Virus record (IMG/VR): IMGVR_UViG_3300028886_000035
Coordinates: 1-64,000 of that record
Source: a virus
Lineage: Duplodnaviria; Caudoviricetes
Strand: one strand, 5' to 3'
Length of the DNA: 64,000 nt
This document shows, piece by piece, positions 27,226 to 37,643 of the stretch. Each line of letters opens with the position of its first letter. Positions within the stretch are counted from its first letter, which is position 1. Position numbers and translations under genes: made by a program. The notes beneath the pieces were generated by a model, which was given only the letters and a program-made list of their open reading frames with translations, was not told the origin of the DNA and ran no database searches.

Positions 27226-29391
27226 TTACGAACCTGTTGAAGAAAATCCAAAGGAGATTGTAATATAATTCAATGGATATACTGCTTCGATTTCAAATTT
27301 AACAAGAATTTCGCGTGGGTCATCAGGTGAATCTGAAACAGAAGGACCAGTATAACCTAAGATGATTTCTTGGCTTACAAACTGACTAAGAATACTATTA
27401 ATAGAATACTGAACATTACTCTTAGCAGAAGGAAGGTTTTTAATACCAACATATAATTCATCACAAGTCTTACGAACCTGTGCAATTACATAGTCCTTAA
27501 TCTGAATAAGTGTAATTTCTGTTGTATTTACTTCATCATCACAAGTTGTAATACCATGACGTACAACAAGAGCATTACTCTTTTCATGAACTACTGTACA
27601 ACCGCTTTCAGCAAGAGCATTTTTCTCTGTTTCTGTATATGTATCAAGCAATTCTTTAAAACCGCAACCAATCTTCTTACGTGTTAATGGTTCTGCTACA
27701 TCATGTGTAAAACCAACTGTAGCTACACCCAAAGCAAGATAGCAACCAGGTAATGTACGAGTATTAATACGACCTGTATTAACATTCTTTACATCATAAG
27801 CAACACGACCTGGGACAACATAGACAACACGTTCATCGTTATATGCTTCTGCCTGTTGTTTCATACCCAAGGTCTTATCCGCTGCAGTAGCATTTTTATT
27901 AATCTTCTGTCCTGCATAAGCAGAAAGATAAACCATACGTTCATGTCTACCTTGTTCACTTGACATTGCATCAACGTGAGCCTGTGCATGAGCACCAACT
28001 ACTGTTGATGTAGTTAAAGGAACTATAGCATTAACATTTTCTGTTCCTGCTACATCTTTTTGTAACTTATCAATAGCTTTATTCATTTCATAATCTGAAT
28101 CGTTCTTTGCTTGTACACAACAAATCGTTGTTACGCCCGCACGGAAAGCTAATTCAGCACCTAATGTTAATGAATTTGTTACAATAGAAGAAGCCGTAAC
28201 ATCATAGTTACCATATTCTTGGACAACATCATCATAGGTATAAAAGATTTTTGGTTCATAATCTTCTTCCGATTTCTTATATTTATAAGAAACATAATAA
28301 ACATTATTTTCAGCAATTGCTTTACCAAAGACTGCTTTCTTTGTAATTATGCGTACACAATCTCCTGTTGTAATAACAGAAGAGTCAAAATCAGGAAGAA
28401 TAAATGTAATACCAGGGATTACATTAAGATATTCACTAACTGCACCAACTGCACCTTCATATAATGCAGGGGAAATTTCTGTACCAGTTTCATCTTCTTG
28501 ATAAATCTTGATTTCTTTTGTTAATGGGTCTGTAACCTGTACAACAAACTGACCACTAACAACTTCATCGGAATCAACAATCATGAAATATTCATATTTG
28601 GATTCATCATCAACCTTATCCTTATTTAATGGAAGGAAAGATTCACGAAGTTTCTGACTGTATTGTGTAATTGTTTCATCGAAAACAATCTGTGGTTCAA
28701 TTTCTGTTTTTGGTGCTTGTGTTTTAATTACTACACTATCACCAACATGAGTAATAGAATTACCATCTGCATCAGGTACAAACAAATCTTTAATCTGAAT
28801 TTTAAGACCTGGGATTGCAGCTGTATTAAATTCTTCACTTACTCCCCATTCGCCCATAATTTTCTTGGTAGCATTATCTGTTACACGATAGCAACCGCAA
28901 TTAACATGAGCGGAATCGGCATGGTCAAAAGCATCTTCCAAATATGTAATTTCAAGTGTATATGAACCATCAACAATCTGATATTGTAAATCATCATTTG
29001 GAACAATTGTAATTTGTCCTTTTAATTGTAAAGAACGTTCATTTGCTTGTGAAATTACTTTGTATTCTGCATCTTGAATAGTATTCCATGCAATTTTATT
29101 ACCATCTTTTAACATAAAGGCTTCATTAGCACCTTCATTGTAAACTGTAGAACCTTTTACAATAGCACCATTACTTAAAGCCTTATCTGTAACGGAAATA
29201 ATTTCAAAAACATTTTTGTATTTTAATGAATCATATGCTTGGGAATCGCTTTTCTTAATGGCTTCATTATATACTTCAAAATAATTTGCACCCGTGCCAA
29301 TTAAACCTAGAACACGAGTTGCACCAACATTATTTACTGTGCTTGCGGATTTTACAAATCGCGCATATGCACCAGGCACTCTATATGGCAT
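27226..29391 (-). CDS. Contractile tail sheath protein
   Basis: N-terminal YRVPGAY; C-terminal EPLTRKKI...LVVRHGITT...EILVKFEIEAVYPLNYITISF, typical of sheath C-domains. Confidence 0.9.
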   Translation of the reverse strand: MPYRVPGAYARFVKSASTVNNVGATRVLGLIGTGANYFEVYNEAIKKSDSQAYDSLKYKNVFEIISVTDKALSNGAIVKGSTVYNEGANEAFMLKDGNKIAWNTIQDAEYKVISQANERSLQLKGQITIVPNDDLQYQIVDGSYTLEITYLEDAFDHADSAHVNCGCYRVTDNATKKIMGEWGVSEEFNTAAIPGLKIQIKDLFVPDADGNSITHVGDSVVIKTQAPKTEIEPQIVFDETITQYSQKLRESFLPLNKDKVDDESKYEYFMIVDSDEVVSGQFVVQVTDPLTKEIKIYQEDETGTEISPALYEGAVGAVSEYLNVIPGITFILPDFDSSVITTGDCVRIITKKAVFGKAIAENNVYYVSYKYKKSEEDYEPKIFYTYDDVVQEYGNYDVTASSIVTNSLTLGAELAFRAGVTTICCVQAKNDSDYEMNKAIDKLQKDVAGTENVNAIVPLTTSTVVGAHAQAHVDAMSSEQGRHERMVYLSAYAGQKINKNATAADKTLGMKQQAEAYNDERVVYVVPGRVAYDVKNVNTGRINTRTLPGCYLALGVATVGFTHDVAEPLTRKKIGCGFKELLDTYTETEKNALAESGCTVVHEKSNALVVRHGITTCDDEVNTTEITLIQIKDYVIAQVRKTCDELYVGIKNLPSAKSNVQYSINSILSQFVSQEIILGYTGPSVSDSPDDPREILVKFEIEAVYPLNYITISFGFSSTGS

Positions 29392-29417
29392 ATTGTTATA
29401 CCTCCAATTTCATTTAT

Positions 29418-30086
29418 TTATAATGGATTATTAGTTTCTCCATTATCTTGTATGGTTTTATCTACCCTTGCGGAATCATAAAGTGTTGATAACTTTTCTC
29501 CATTTGCATTTTCTAATTCCATTTGCATTTGAATATTGAACTCGTTCGGGTCAAGCAAATCAACATCTTCTATCCAAGTAGACCACGTATTAAATCTCAA
29601 CTGTGATATATAAATTTTATCAGAATTGTATTCTATCGTTGTCTCACCTGCATAAGAAGCATCTTTTATGATAATACCTTGATTTTGAATGTATCTACGC
29701 AAAGAAAATCTTAAAGCCTTTGCAACTAAATCTGTAAAGACTTCTCTATCAAGAGGATTTCTACAACCAATATCTACTGTTATTGAAAATTCATAAACAC
29801 CTACATATCGATATGCTATAATCGCTCCTGTTCGTGGGTCAATAACCTCTCTACCCATATCTCCTAATCCTGTTGTAACCATATTACCTGAACCTGCACT
29901 TAAAATAACTGTAGGAAATTCACGTAATTCTTCTGGTTCAGAATCATAAAAAACTGCATGAGTAAAATGGTCATCTGATATTTGACGAGGTAATTTATTA
30001 CGATAATTTTTTGGATTATTAAAATATAATCTCAAAAATGTAATAAAAACGTCTTTTGTATGCTTAATAGCATCTTCCATTAACAT
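29418..30086 (-). CDS. Putative tail terminator/completion protein
   Basis: Directly upstream of sheath; REFPTVIL motif and size fit this class. Confidence 0.5.
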   Translation of the reverse strand: MLMEDAIKHTKDVFITFLRLYFNNPKNYRNKLPRQISDDHFTHAVFYDSEPEELREFPTVILSAGSGNMVTTGLGDMGREVIDPRTGAIIAYRYVGVYEFSITVDIGCRNPLDREVFTDLVAKALRFSLRRYIQNQGIIIKDASYAGETTIEYNSDKIYISQLRFNTWSTWIEDVDLLDPNEFNIQMQMELENANGEKLSTLYDSARVDKTIQDNGETNNPL

Positions 30087-30218
30087 TCCAGAAACACCCC
30101 AAATCTAAGTCTGTTCCTAACAATTAAATATTTATTATCATTATCTTTATTTTTTGTTTCATTATCATTAAAATTCCCTAGAATCTAATAAAGGTAATAA
30201 GAAAAATAACACAAATAC

Positions 30219-30251
30219 AAAAGTCTACTATAAAATTATAGTAGACTTTTT
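30219..30251 (-). terminator. Intrinsic terminator
   Basis: AAAAGTCTACTATAA/TTATAGTAGACTTTT. Confidence 0.65.
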
Positions 30252-30252
30252 A

Positions 30253-31086
30253 TTATAATCTAGGATATAAAGTTGTACGTTTCATATCATATATTGGGTC
30301 ATTTGGGTCATATGGCTTTAGATTTAGTTCTTGATGAAATAAATAACCTCCCGCCTGGTTTATCATAGAATTAATTACCTGATAAATAGTTCCTGTTGGA
30401 GAAATTAGCACGTCACGATTTTGTATTTGAGTATCTGAAATTGTCCATGCTCCACATGGTTTATTGTATACCATCATTTGATTAGGAGTTACATCCATAG
30501 ACGCTTGTGCTGGTTTTAATCGCACATACAATTGAAATGCAGGGTCATATCCACCAACATAACCTGTACCATAACAAACAGGACAATCTAACGTACCTGC
30601 TCTACCTCTAATTGGGTCATAGCATTGTGGACAACGTTCACCATCTTTTTTCCTAGTATATAAGTCAAACAACATACCTGTATTTTTCAATATCCACAAA
30701 CTACGTTCATTCATTTTTAAAAACCATCTATCTGTATTATGAACTTGAAAACATACAGGTTGTGATAATTTTCCTTCTATATATTCTCCATCTGTTTCAT
30801 ATACTGTAGATACTTTATACCAATTTTGAACTTGTGGATTTTTAGAAACACCAAAATCTTCAAAACGATTTGTTTCTAACGGTTTATTATTTTGTTTATA
30901 AAAAATACCATTTTGTGTAAATCCTTTATATACATTATAACATACTTTTTTTATATTCTTACCATTATGCGAACTAGGATTTTTTATTTCGTTCCACGTA
31001 ATAACAGAACAACTATTATCTCTAGGATATGAAATATCTATATGCACAGGTGGATTTAAATCTTTTTGAAAAACTTCAATATTCAT
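30253..31086 (-). CDS. Putative neck/head-closure protein with FnIII-like N-terminus and Zn finger
   Basis: CPQC...CPVCYGTGYVGGY; located before terminator and sheath genes. Confidence 0.5.
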   Translation of the reverse strand: MNIEVFQKDLNPPVHIDISYPRDNSCSVITWNEIKNPSSHNGKNIKKVCYNVYKGFTQNGIFYKQNNKPLETNRFEDFGVSKNPQVQNWYKVSTVYETDGEYIEGKLSQPVCFQVHNTDRWFLKMNERSLWILKNTGMLFDLYTRKKDGERCPQCYDPIRGRAGTLDCPVCYGTGYVGGYDPAFQLYVRLKPAQASMDVTPNQMMVYNKPCGAWTISDTQIQNRDVLISPTGTIYQVINSMINQAGGYLFHQELNLKPYDPNDPIYDMKRTTLYPRL

Positions 31087-31112
31087 GTAAAATCACCACA
31101 AAATTTATTAAA

Positions 31113-31889
31113 TCATAAATATATCATTTGTTTTTTACTAAACAAATTTGAATTAGAAATTAATTGTTCACCAAATCCATGTGTATCATCTATTTCAATA
31201 TCATTCATTTTTACAGGAGAATCTTTTGCCCTTATTTTTACTTTATATTTACCATTTTTTATTGCAAAAGAATATTTACCATCATTATCTGTTTTACGAT
31301 ATACACATAATCCATTATTATCTAAAATAATTATTTCTGCATTTTCTATTGGAGTGTTTTTATTATCTACCAATTGACCATAAATCATTTTATAGTCCGT
31401 ACCACAAAATTTTACCATATCCTTATATTTATCTAAAATCATTCCATTAACAGTAAAATAATATTCATATTTCAATTTACTAGAAATATTAATATTATGT
31501 TTGGTAATCTTTTGATTATTAATAAAAATATCTATATTGTATACGCCTGATGGAATATATGCCTTATATCTCCCACCATCATCTGTATAACAAATATCCG
31601 TTATAACATTCCCAAACGAACTATTAATTTCATTCATTTTAATAAATTCAACTTTTGTATGTATATAACTTTTATTTTTATTCTGTAGAATGCCACTTAC
31701 AGGAACAATTTTATAACGAATCAAATCTAAATTCGATGGATTATTTATTGTTTGATTATTTGTATGCAAAATAAGATTTGTGGATATTTCATCTGTTATA
31801 TCGAAAAAACAATTCCAACTATGTGATGATTGTCTACCAATTACATCAAAGCTACATTGAAAATTTACTTTTTTACTTCTCATAGACAA
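31113..31889 (-). CDS. Protein with carboxypeptidase-regulatory-like (prealbumin-fold) domains, probably virion-associated
   Basis: YGQLVDNKNTPIENAEIII...TDNDGKYSF..NGKYKVKI. Confidence 0.5.
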   Translation of the reverse strand: MSMRSKKVNFQCSFDVIGRQSSHSWNCFFDITDEISTNLILHTNNQTINNPSNLDLIRYKIVPVSGILQNKNKSYIHTKVEFIKMNEINSSFGNVITDICYTDDGGRYKAYIPSGVYNIDIFINNQKITKHNINISSKLKYEYYFTVNGMILDKYKDMVKFCGTDYKMIYGQLVDNKNTPIENAEIIILDNNGLCVYRKTDNDGKYSFAIKNGKYKVKIRAKDSPVKMNDIEIDDTHGFGEQLISNSNLFSKKQMIYL

Positions 31890-31900
31890 AGCATCACCTC

Positions 31901-32299
31901 TTATAATAAGACTATATTTTTATTTTGTATTAACTCATTTCCATCAAATTTTTGAGCTACCAAAACAATACTATAAGTATCAATTCGTAACGTATAAGTA
32001 TAATTATATTTATTATCTTCTGTATTTACCCCTAAACAAAATACAGTATTATTATTTCCATCCATTAATCCATGAGTATTTTCTTTATACTGAAAATACT
32101 TTAATACATTTTGATTTAACTTTAAATCATATACAGTATGATTTAAAAAAAATGTTAAATTTTTATTAATACCACAGTAAATATTATCGTCTGTAAAATA
32201 AGCAGTTTTTATTTCTTTTGGGTCATTAATAAAAATATTATTATTTTCTTTTAATAACAAACCATTATTTGTTATTATTTCCCAATGCATATTATTCAT
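31901..32299 (-). CDS. Hypothetical protein
   Basis: ORF tightly coupled to neighbours. Confidence 0.55.
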   Translation of the reverse strand: MNNMHWEIITNNGLLLKENNNIFINDPKEIKTAYFTDDNIYCGINKNLTFFLNHTVYDLKLNQNVLKYFQYKENTHGLMDGNNNTVFCLGVNTEDNKYNYTYTLRIDTYSIVLVAQKFDGNELIQNKNIVLL

Positions 32300-32795
32300 A
32301 ATTATACAAAAAATCTAATGTAAAGAAATATTTATACTTCTTTACCATAGAATTTTCCTTTAACTTTATTTTTGTTTGAATTGTAGCATGGTCTGATACA
32401 CCTAGAATTGCTCCATATTCATCAGAAGCATTTCCTTGAATATCTTTTAACTCTCTATGAGACATATCTACTGGTTGAAATTCAGATTTCATATCATACG
32501 TAGTACAACGTGCATATAAAAATGGATTCAAATCTCTACTTTCAGGAGGAATAGTAATACGTAACCTGCAATTGTTTGCATTTTGACAAATCATTTGTGG
32601 CGTACCACCATCCCATGCAGGTTCATTATTCCAAATATCAAATTCAACAATAAATTCAGATTCTCCACCTGTTAAACCATTACATTTACCATAATAAATT
32701 TTTTTATTCTGAGCGGTACTAGCTAATCCTAATACTTGTTCACCTGTAGCATTATCAACTACTCTAGTATAATAAGTCATTCTAGGATAAATCAT
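32292..32795 (-). CDS. Hypothetical protein
   Basis: ORF with GAGGTGG SD. Confidence 0.6.
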   Translation of the reverse strand: MIYPRMTYYTRVVDNATGEQVLGLASTAQNKKIYYGKCNGLTGGESEFIVEFDIWNNEPAWDGGTPQMICQNANNCRLRITIPPESRDLNPFLYARCTTYDMKSEFQPVDMSHRELKDIQGNASDEYGAILGVSDHATIQTKIKLKENSMVKKYKYFFTLDFLYNYE

Positions 32796-32808
32796 TTGTT
32801 ATACCACC

Positions 32809-33045
32809 TCATTGAACCACATATACAACATCATCAAATATTTTATATGCAGTACCACAATTTTTACATACCAAATATCCTTCTTTTTCTGTCAAAGGAG
32901 AATATTTACATTCCGGACAACGATAATTTTTTACATCAGCAGAATCTAATTCTTTTAAAGGTATCATATCTTCCCCATCTAGCGGATTAATTTCTACATC
33001 AATGTATTCCAAATCTCCATTTGTAATAGCAACTAAGCGTTTCAT
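32809..33045 (-). CDS. Small Zn-ribbon protein
   Basis: CPEC-x11-CKNC; GAGGTG SD. Confidence 0.65.
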   Translation of the reverse strand: MKRLVAITNGDLEYIDVEINPLDGEDMIPLKELDSADVKNYRCPECKYSPLTEKEGYLVCKNCGTAYKIFDDVVYVVQ

Positions 33046-33060
33046 TTAAACACCTCGTTA

Positions 33061-33459
33061 TTATTCTTCTTCTATTTCTTTGTTTTCTTCAAGAATTTCA
33101 CTTAATTCAGGAGGATAATCTGTACTATCTCCATATTCAATTACATCATCTGACAAAGTATCAATATCAATATATCCTTTTATATAATCTTCGTCACATG
33201 AACGCAAATTACCATATCCATCAATTAATACAAAATCATCTGAAAAATTAAAATCAGAAAAACAACCAAGTCTAAAACATTCTTCTTTATCCTTAGTCTC
33301 TAAAAATTCGTCTAATTCATCCATTGGAAAAAAATCTATATATTGAAATACATATGAATTACATGCATCTGATACAGACATTAATTCATATACACCCATA
33401 TCATTTAAACAATTCATTACATCATCTTTTAAACTAGCAATAACTTTACGATTTTTCAT
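33061..33459 (-). CDS. Acidic hypothetical protein
   Basis: D/E-rich, IDGYGNL motif, short basic N-terminus. Confidence 0.6.
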   Translation of the reverse strand: MKNRKVIASLKDDVMNCLNDMGVYELMSVSDACNSYVFQYIDFFPMDELDEFLETKDKEECFRLGCFSDFNFSDDFVLIDGYGNLRSCDEDYIKGYIDIDTLSDDVIEYGDSTDYPPELSEILEENKEIEEE

Positions 33460-33510
33460 AATATAATCATTCCTTTACTATTTTTTAGCATCTAATAAAA
33501 ATATAAAAAT

Positions 33511-34638
33511 TTACACATCTATTATTTGATTATTCTGCATAAACCCATCACAATCTACAACTAATTTATATTTCCCATGATTTAAATTTAATTCAAATTG
33601 TCCTTCTAAAGTAGTTGTATCTTGACATTCTAATTCATACATATCTTTTTCTATATTATATTTATATGCTTTAACGATAGCATTTTCAATTCCATTACCA
33701 TGAGCATCTAATATAAAATCAATTAATTTTTCTGTACCATGACCATTATCAACTTTAGTTTCTGTAATTTGTGTATTATTAATTTTAATTTCCTCTATTG
33801 ATTTTGAACCATCATTATACACATTCATTTGAAATTTTTTCTTTACACCTGATGGCAGTTGTATCTGCATAATATATGAACCATTATCTAAAAACGCTTT
33901 CCACTTACCTTTTTGATTTGTTTTTGTTTCTATAAGCGGATGTTCCAAATCATTTGTATCATATATCACAATATTTATACCTGATACACCCATTTTGTTT
34001 TTTGCAGTAAATTCATCTTCAATTTTAAACAATCCATTACCTAAACTTACATCAGATAACTTTTCTATACCTATATTATTAAATTGAATTTCTTCTTTTG
34101 AATCTCCAATTTGTGCTCTAATAGAACGAGTTTCATAACCATCTAGCGCGAATTTAAATTCATAATCACTAGGGAAAATTTTTGCTTCCCATTTACCATC
34201 TTCATCTGTTGTTGTTTGATATACTATATTATTATTCTCTAAATCTATAATTTGCACTTTTACATCTTTTATAATTCTATTACTATTTATATCATTTACA
34301 TATCCATATAAATAAACTGTATTATTATCATCTATATTTTTTGGCACAATATTAAAAGAATCTAATGAATTTAATTTTTCTCCATTATATTCTCCTTGAT
34401 AAACAATTACATATTTCCCATAATTTTCACATACATTTGTATCAAAATTATATATATAACCATTATCAAACTGTTCCATTGCTTGCCAAGGTAAATCTTC
34501 ATATACTTTGTCTTTATATTCATGTAATATTCTAACTTTTGGATTTTTTACATTAACAATATTATTATCTTTCTTAAATTCATAATATAATGTTTTTGTA
34601 TCTCCTTTATATAAATCCATTGTATCACCACCATTCAT
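33511..34638 (-). CDS. Protein with three repeated carboxypeptidase-regulatory-like domains, probably virion-associated
   Basis: Repeats TTDEDGKWE / TNQKGKWK / TTLEGQFE, each followed by Y-x-hydrophobic strands. Likely start ATG ~34620. Confidence 0.55.
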   Translation of the reverse strand: MNGGDTMDLYKGDTKTLYYEFKKDNNIVNVKNPKVRILHEYKDKVYEDLPWQAMEQFDNGYIYNFDTNVCENYGKYVIVYQGEYNGEKLNSLDSFNIVPKNIDDNNTVYLYGYVNDINSNRIIKDVKVQIIDLENNNIVYQTTTDEDGKWEAKIFPSDYEFKFALDGYETRSIRAQIGDSKEEIQFNNIGIEKLSDVSLGNGLFKIEDEFTAKNKMGVSGINIVIYDTNDLEHPLIETKTNQKGKWKAFLDNGSYIMQIQLPSGVKKKFQMNVYNDGSKSIEEIKINNTQITETKVDNGHGTEKLIDFILDAHGNGIENAIVKAYKYNIEKDMYELECQDTTTLEGQFELNLNHGKYKLVVDCDGFMQNNQIIDV

Positions 34639-34640
34639 AC

Positions 34641-34655
34641 TCTATAAATAAAATA
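34641..34655 (-). promoter_or_regulatory. Phage promoter-like motif TATTT-N6-TAGA
   Basis: TATTT TATTTA TAGA abutting a terminator. Confidence 0.55.
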
Positions 34656-34690
34656 AAGCGTAATTAGTGTTATATACTAATTACGCTTTT
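34655..34690 (-). terminator. Intrinsic terminator
   Basis: AAAGCGTAATTAGT/ACTAATTACGCTTT. Confidence 0.65.
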
Positions 34691-34708
34691 ATTATAAATT
34701 AAATTTTA

Positions 34709-35281
34709 TCAAAACTTAAAGTTAAGACCTGTTTCCTTCATCTTTGCTTCAACCTGCTTGCAAATTGAATGTGTGGAAGAAACACGATGTTTTGGAAAAT
34801 GCTTCTTTGCAACATTACGAATAGCAGAATGGCAAGCGTCAAGAGTTTCCTCTGTTGCGTCAACCGTAGCCTTTGTAATCTTTTCAATAGCTTCTTTGCA
34901 CTCATCTGGTGTAATATCGCTCTTTGCAGTCTTAATACGAGCTTGCTTAGAAACTCTCTTATCAAAACGGGAAGAAATACCTTCTTGAAGAAGGTTCTTC
35001 TGTAAACGTGTAAGTGAAGCACTTACATACTTCGCAGGAAAATACTGCTTAACAAGTGTCTCTGCGTCAAGAAGAATCTTCTCCATACGAGCATCAAGTT
35101 TCTTTGCAAAACGGTCTGCAAGAATACTTGTCTGCTTTGCAATCTTCTTACGCTCTGCAATAGCTTCCTTCATAGCAATCTTCTTATTATCAACTTTCTT
35201 AGCAACAGTCTTACGTTGCTCTGCACGTTTCTTATCCATAGCATGTTTCTTAATAATTCTACGCATTTGTTCCTTTGTCAT
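34709..35281 (-). CDS. Basic Lys/Ala-rich protein (possible internal head protein)
   Basis: AAGGAG SD before ATG 35281; AAG/CTT-rich codon usage like the sheath gene. Confidence 0.55.
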   Translation of the reverse strand: MTKEQMRRIIKKHAMDKKRAEQRKTVAKKVDNKKIAMKEAIAERKKIAKQTSILADRFAKKLDARMEKILLDAETLVKQYFPAKYVSASLTRLQKNLLQEGISSRFDKRVSKQARIKTAKSDITPDECKEAIEKITKATVDATEETLDACHSAIRNVAKKHFPKHRVSSTHSICKQVEAKMKETGLNFKF

Positions 35282-35304
35282 TATACAATAATCTCCTTTT
35301 ATAA

Positions 35305-36123
35305 TCAATGCTTTAACATAGCCATAAGAATTGGGTTCTTACGTTTCTTAGCAACCTTCTTGCTTGCAGCAACAGGTTTCTTATCTTCTGTGTCCGTATC
35401 TTCTTCTACAGGAGCTTCATCTTCAGAATGAACTTCATCTACATCTTCTGTATCTTCAGAAACTTCTTTTTCATCAAAAGGTTCTTCGTCTACATCATCA
35501 AATGTAAAATCATCTTCTGGTTCATCATCAACAGGCATTTTGTCCTCTACAGGAGTTTCTTCTGTATCTTCTTCAACAACAGGGACATCTTCATCAGAAG
35601 GAACTTCATCTGTTACTTCTGCATCAGGTACAAGTTCCTCTGTTTCAACAGGAGCACTTTCTTCCATAAGAACAGGATTCTGATAACGTGCTTGTGGTGT
35701 TGTATCATGGTCTACAGTATCTTCCTTAGCGATTTGTTCTTCTGTCTTACGAGCAGCTTCTTCAAAATCAGAAATTTCTGATGTTTCACGAACATTATAA
35801 TCATAAACTGCACCTGGGTCTGTATAAGCGCGTGTTTCAGGGCTTGTAAGTGGCTTTGTATCAATACCTGCAACCTTCTTCATAACGATACCTTCGCCTT
35901 TGGCATCTTTATAAGAAGCGTTTACTACCTTCCACTTAACATTCTGATATTTAACTGTATTACCGTTAACTGCCTTTGGAAGCATTGACTTAGCAATAAT
36001 AATCATATCAGCACTGGCAATACTTTTCTTCGCAACCTTCTTACTAGCAACTGTTGTCTTTTGTTTAGTTGCACTCTTTTTACGAGATTCAGCAAAATCT
36101 TCTAACCATGAGATTTTCTTCAT
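35305..36123 (-). CDS. Protein with basic termini and long acidic low-complexity region (possible scaffold/internal head protein)
   Basis: ASKKVAKK at both ends, D/E/P-rich centre. Confidence 0.55.
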   Translation of the reverse strand: MKKISWLEDFAESRKKSATKQKTTVASKKVAKKSIASADMIIIAKSMLPKAVNGNTVKYQNVKWKVVNASYKDAKGEGIVMKKVAGIDTKPLTSPETRAYTDPGAVYDYNVRETSEISDFEEAARKTEEQIAKEDTVDHDTTPQARYQNPVLMEESAPVETEELVPDAEVTDEVPSDEDVPVVEEDTEETPVEDKMPVDDEPEDDFTFDDVDEEPFDEKEVSEDTEDVDEVHSEDEAPVEEDTDTEDKKPVAASKKVAKKRKNPILMAMLKH

Positions 36124-36167
36124 TTATATACACATCCTTAAATTTGCAAATTTAAAAATATTTGTTA

Positions 36168-36719
36168 TTATTTTGAACTTTTACGAGTTGTTGTTTTTTT
36201 TGTCGTAGAAGTTGTTTTTTTAGTTGATGCTTTATTTGTTTTCGTTGTACTTTTAGCACCTGTTTTAGAAGCACCATCAGCAACAACAACATCTGATTTT
36301 ACATCAGATTTAGTTTCTTTTGAAGAAGTACTTGACGCACCTGTAGCATCTACCACATCATCGTCTTTTTCTCCATTTTTTTCTTCAACCAAAGTCTTTT
36401 TATTTTCCTTTAGCTTATCAGCAGAAGAAGTCTTTGAAGCATTTGTTGCATTAATTACAGTAGTTTCTTCTTCTACATTCTTTGTTTTTACAGGAACTTC
36501 TTTAACATCAGAAGAAACCTTCTTTTCAGCAACTTTTTTAGCTTGCTTTTCGTTCCCAACCTTTGTTGCCGTAAGATATTCGCCTAGAAAAACTTTTATA
36601 TCTGTTGAATTTTCAAATTCTTCATCGGAAAATGTTTTTACAGTTTTAATAGGAGTGAACTCAAAGTTAAGGTCTTTGACATATATATTATAGTTGCCAT
36701 TTAAAGTAACCTTATACAA
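36168..36719 (-). CDS. Hypothetical protein with K/T/S-rich low-complexity tail
   Basis: TTG start behind AAGGA; promoter motif upstream. Confidence 0.6.
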   Translation of the reverse strand: MYKVTLNGNYNIYVKDLNFEFTPIKTVKTFSDEEFENSTDIKVFLGEYLTATKVGNEKQAKKVAEKKVSSDVKEVPVKTKNVEEETTVINATNASKTSSADKLKENKKTLVEEKNGEKDDDVVDATGASSTSSKETKSDVKSDVVVADGASKTGAKSTTKTNKASTKKTTSTTKKTTTRKSSK

Positions 36720-36799
36720 AGAACATCATCCTTTTCTTTTTATAATTAAAATTCCTATCTAAAGAGAAAATATAAATTAAATGATAAAATATAACTCAA

Positions 36800-37243
36800 T
36801 TACAACGAATATTCATATACCTCTATACCTTTATCGTTTGCCATTTGAAATTCTTTTATTGATTGTTTCCCTCCACCTATTTTATATAAAATATCTAGCC
36901 GATTAATAAATTCTTCACTTTCATCACCAAAATTTTCTCCATATGAATATATTTCATCACATGGATATAATTCATATTGATAACCTTCTTTTGCCATCAC
37001 ACCAACTAGCGTAAACCATTTCCCATATTTAATGTTTTCATTGTTAGCAATTTCATATACAATAGCAGGAATACCTAAATTAGTAGCACCTGTAATAATA
37101 TTAATTTTTGTATTTAAATTATCATCTGTACAATATTTCCTTTCGATAATTTGGAAAATATCATATATAATTTGTTTTGCTATTTTTTTATCAAATTTAG
37201 TATCACTATAACCAATAAATCCAATATTAATTTCTTTATCCAT
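36800..37243 (-). CDS. SLOG-superfamily (LOG/DprA-like) protein
   Basis: NIGFIGYS...IITGATNLGI...IGGGKQSIKE match the SLOG Rossmannoid motifs. Confidence 0.5.
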   Translation of the reverse strand: MDKEINIGFIGYSDTKFDKKIAKQIIYDIFQIIERKYCTDDNLNTKINIITGATNLGIPAIVYEIANNENIKYGKWFTLVGVMAKEGYQYELYPCDEIYSYGENFGDESEEFINRLDILYKIGGGKQSIKEFQMANDKGIEVYEYSL

Positions 37244-37287
37244 ATATTTTCACTACTTTCTATAAAACATTTTTCTGTTTATATTAT

Positions 37288-37326
37288 AAAAAATACTCCA
37301 TAGTTTTATACTATGGAGTGTTTTTT
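37288..37326 (-). terminator. Terminator closing the modification-enzyme operon
   Basis: ACTCCATAGT/ACTATGGAGT with flanking A/T runs. Confidence 0.65.
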
Positions 37327-37642
37327 ATTCGCCATTATAATATTTATAAATTTTCAAATTCTTAATAGTGTAATCCAAATTATCTAATTTATCAGATATA
37401 TTTTCACAAGATGTTTTTAAATCTTCTATATCATTTGTATTGTTATTTGACATAATCATACTATCCCCTGTGTTACGCAGAATAACTTGCTGATTATGTT
37501 CTAATTTATCAATACGATTAGATAATTTTTCTCCTTGTTGCTTGATTTCATCAATTTGTCTCATCAAAGTAATGATTCCTTCTAAAATTGAATCAATTTT
37601 AGCACCATTATTATTTGAATAACTGTCAAACTTTGTATCCAT
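37325..37642 (-). CDS. Coiled-coil hypothetical protein
   Basis: Heptad pattern; coupled to the upstream ORF. Confidence 0.55.
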   Translation of the reverse strand: MDTKFDSYSNNNGAKIDSILEGIITLMRQIDEIKQQGEKLSNRIDKLEHNQQVILRNTGDSMIMSNNNTNDIEDLKTSCENISDKLDNLDYTIKNLKIYKYYNGE

Positions 37643-37643
37643 C

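Noticed and set aside
25859-31086. Tailocin or extracellular contractile injection system rather than phage
   Set aside because: Context includes a helicase, nucleotidyltransferase, homing endonuclease, neck-like genes and many small phage-type ORFs, with no bacterial housekeeping genes.
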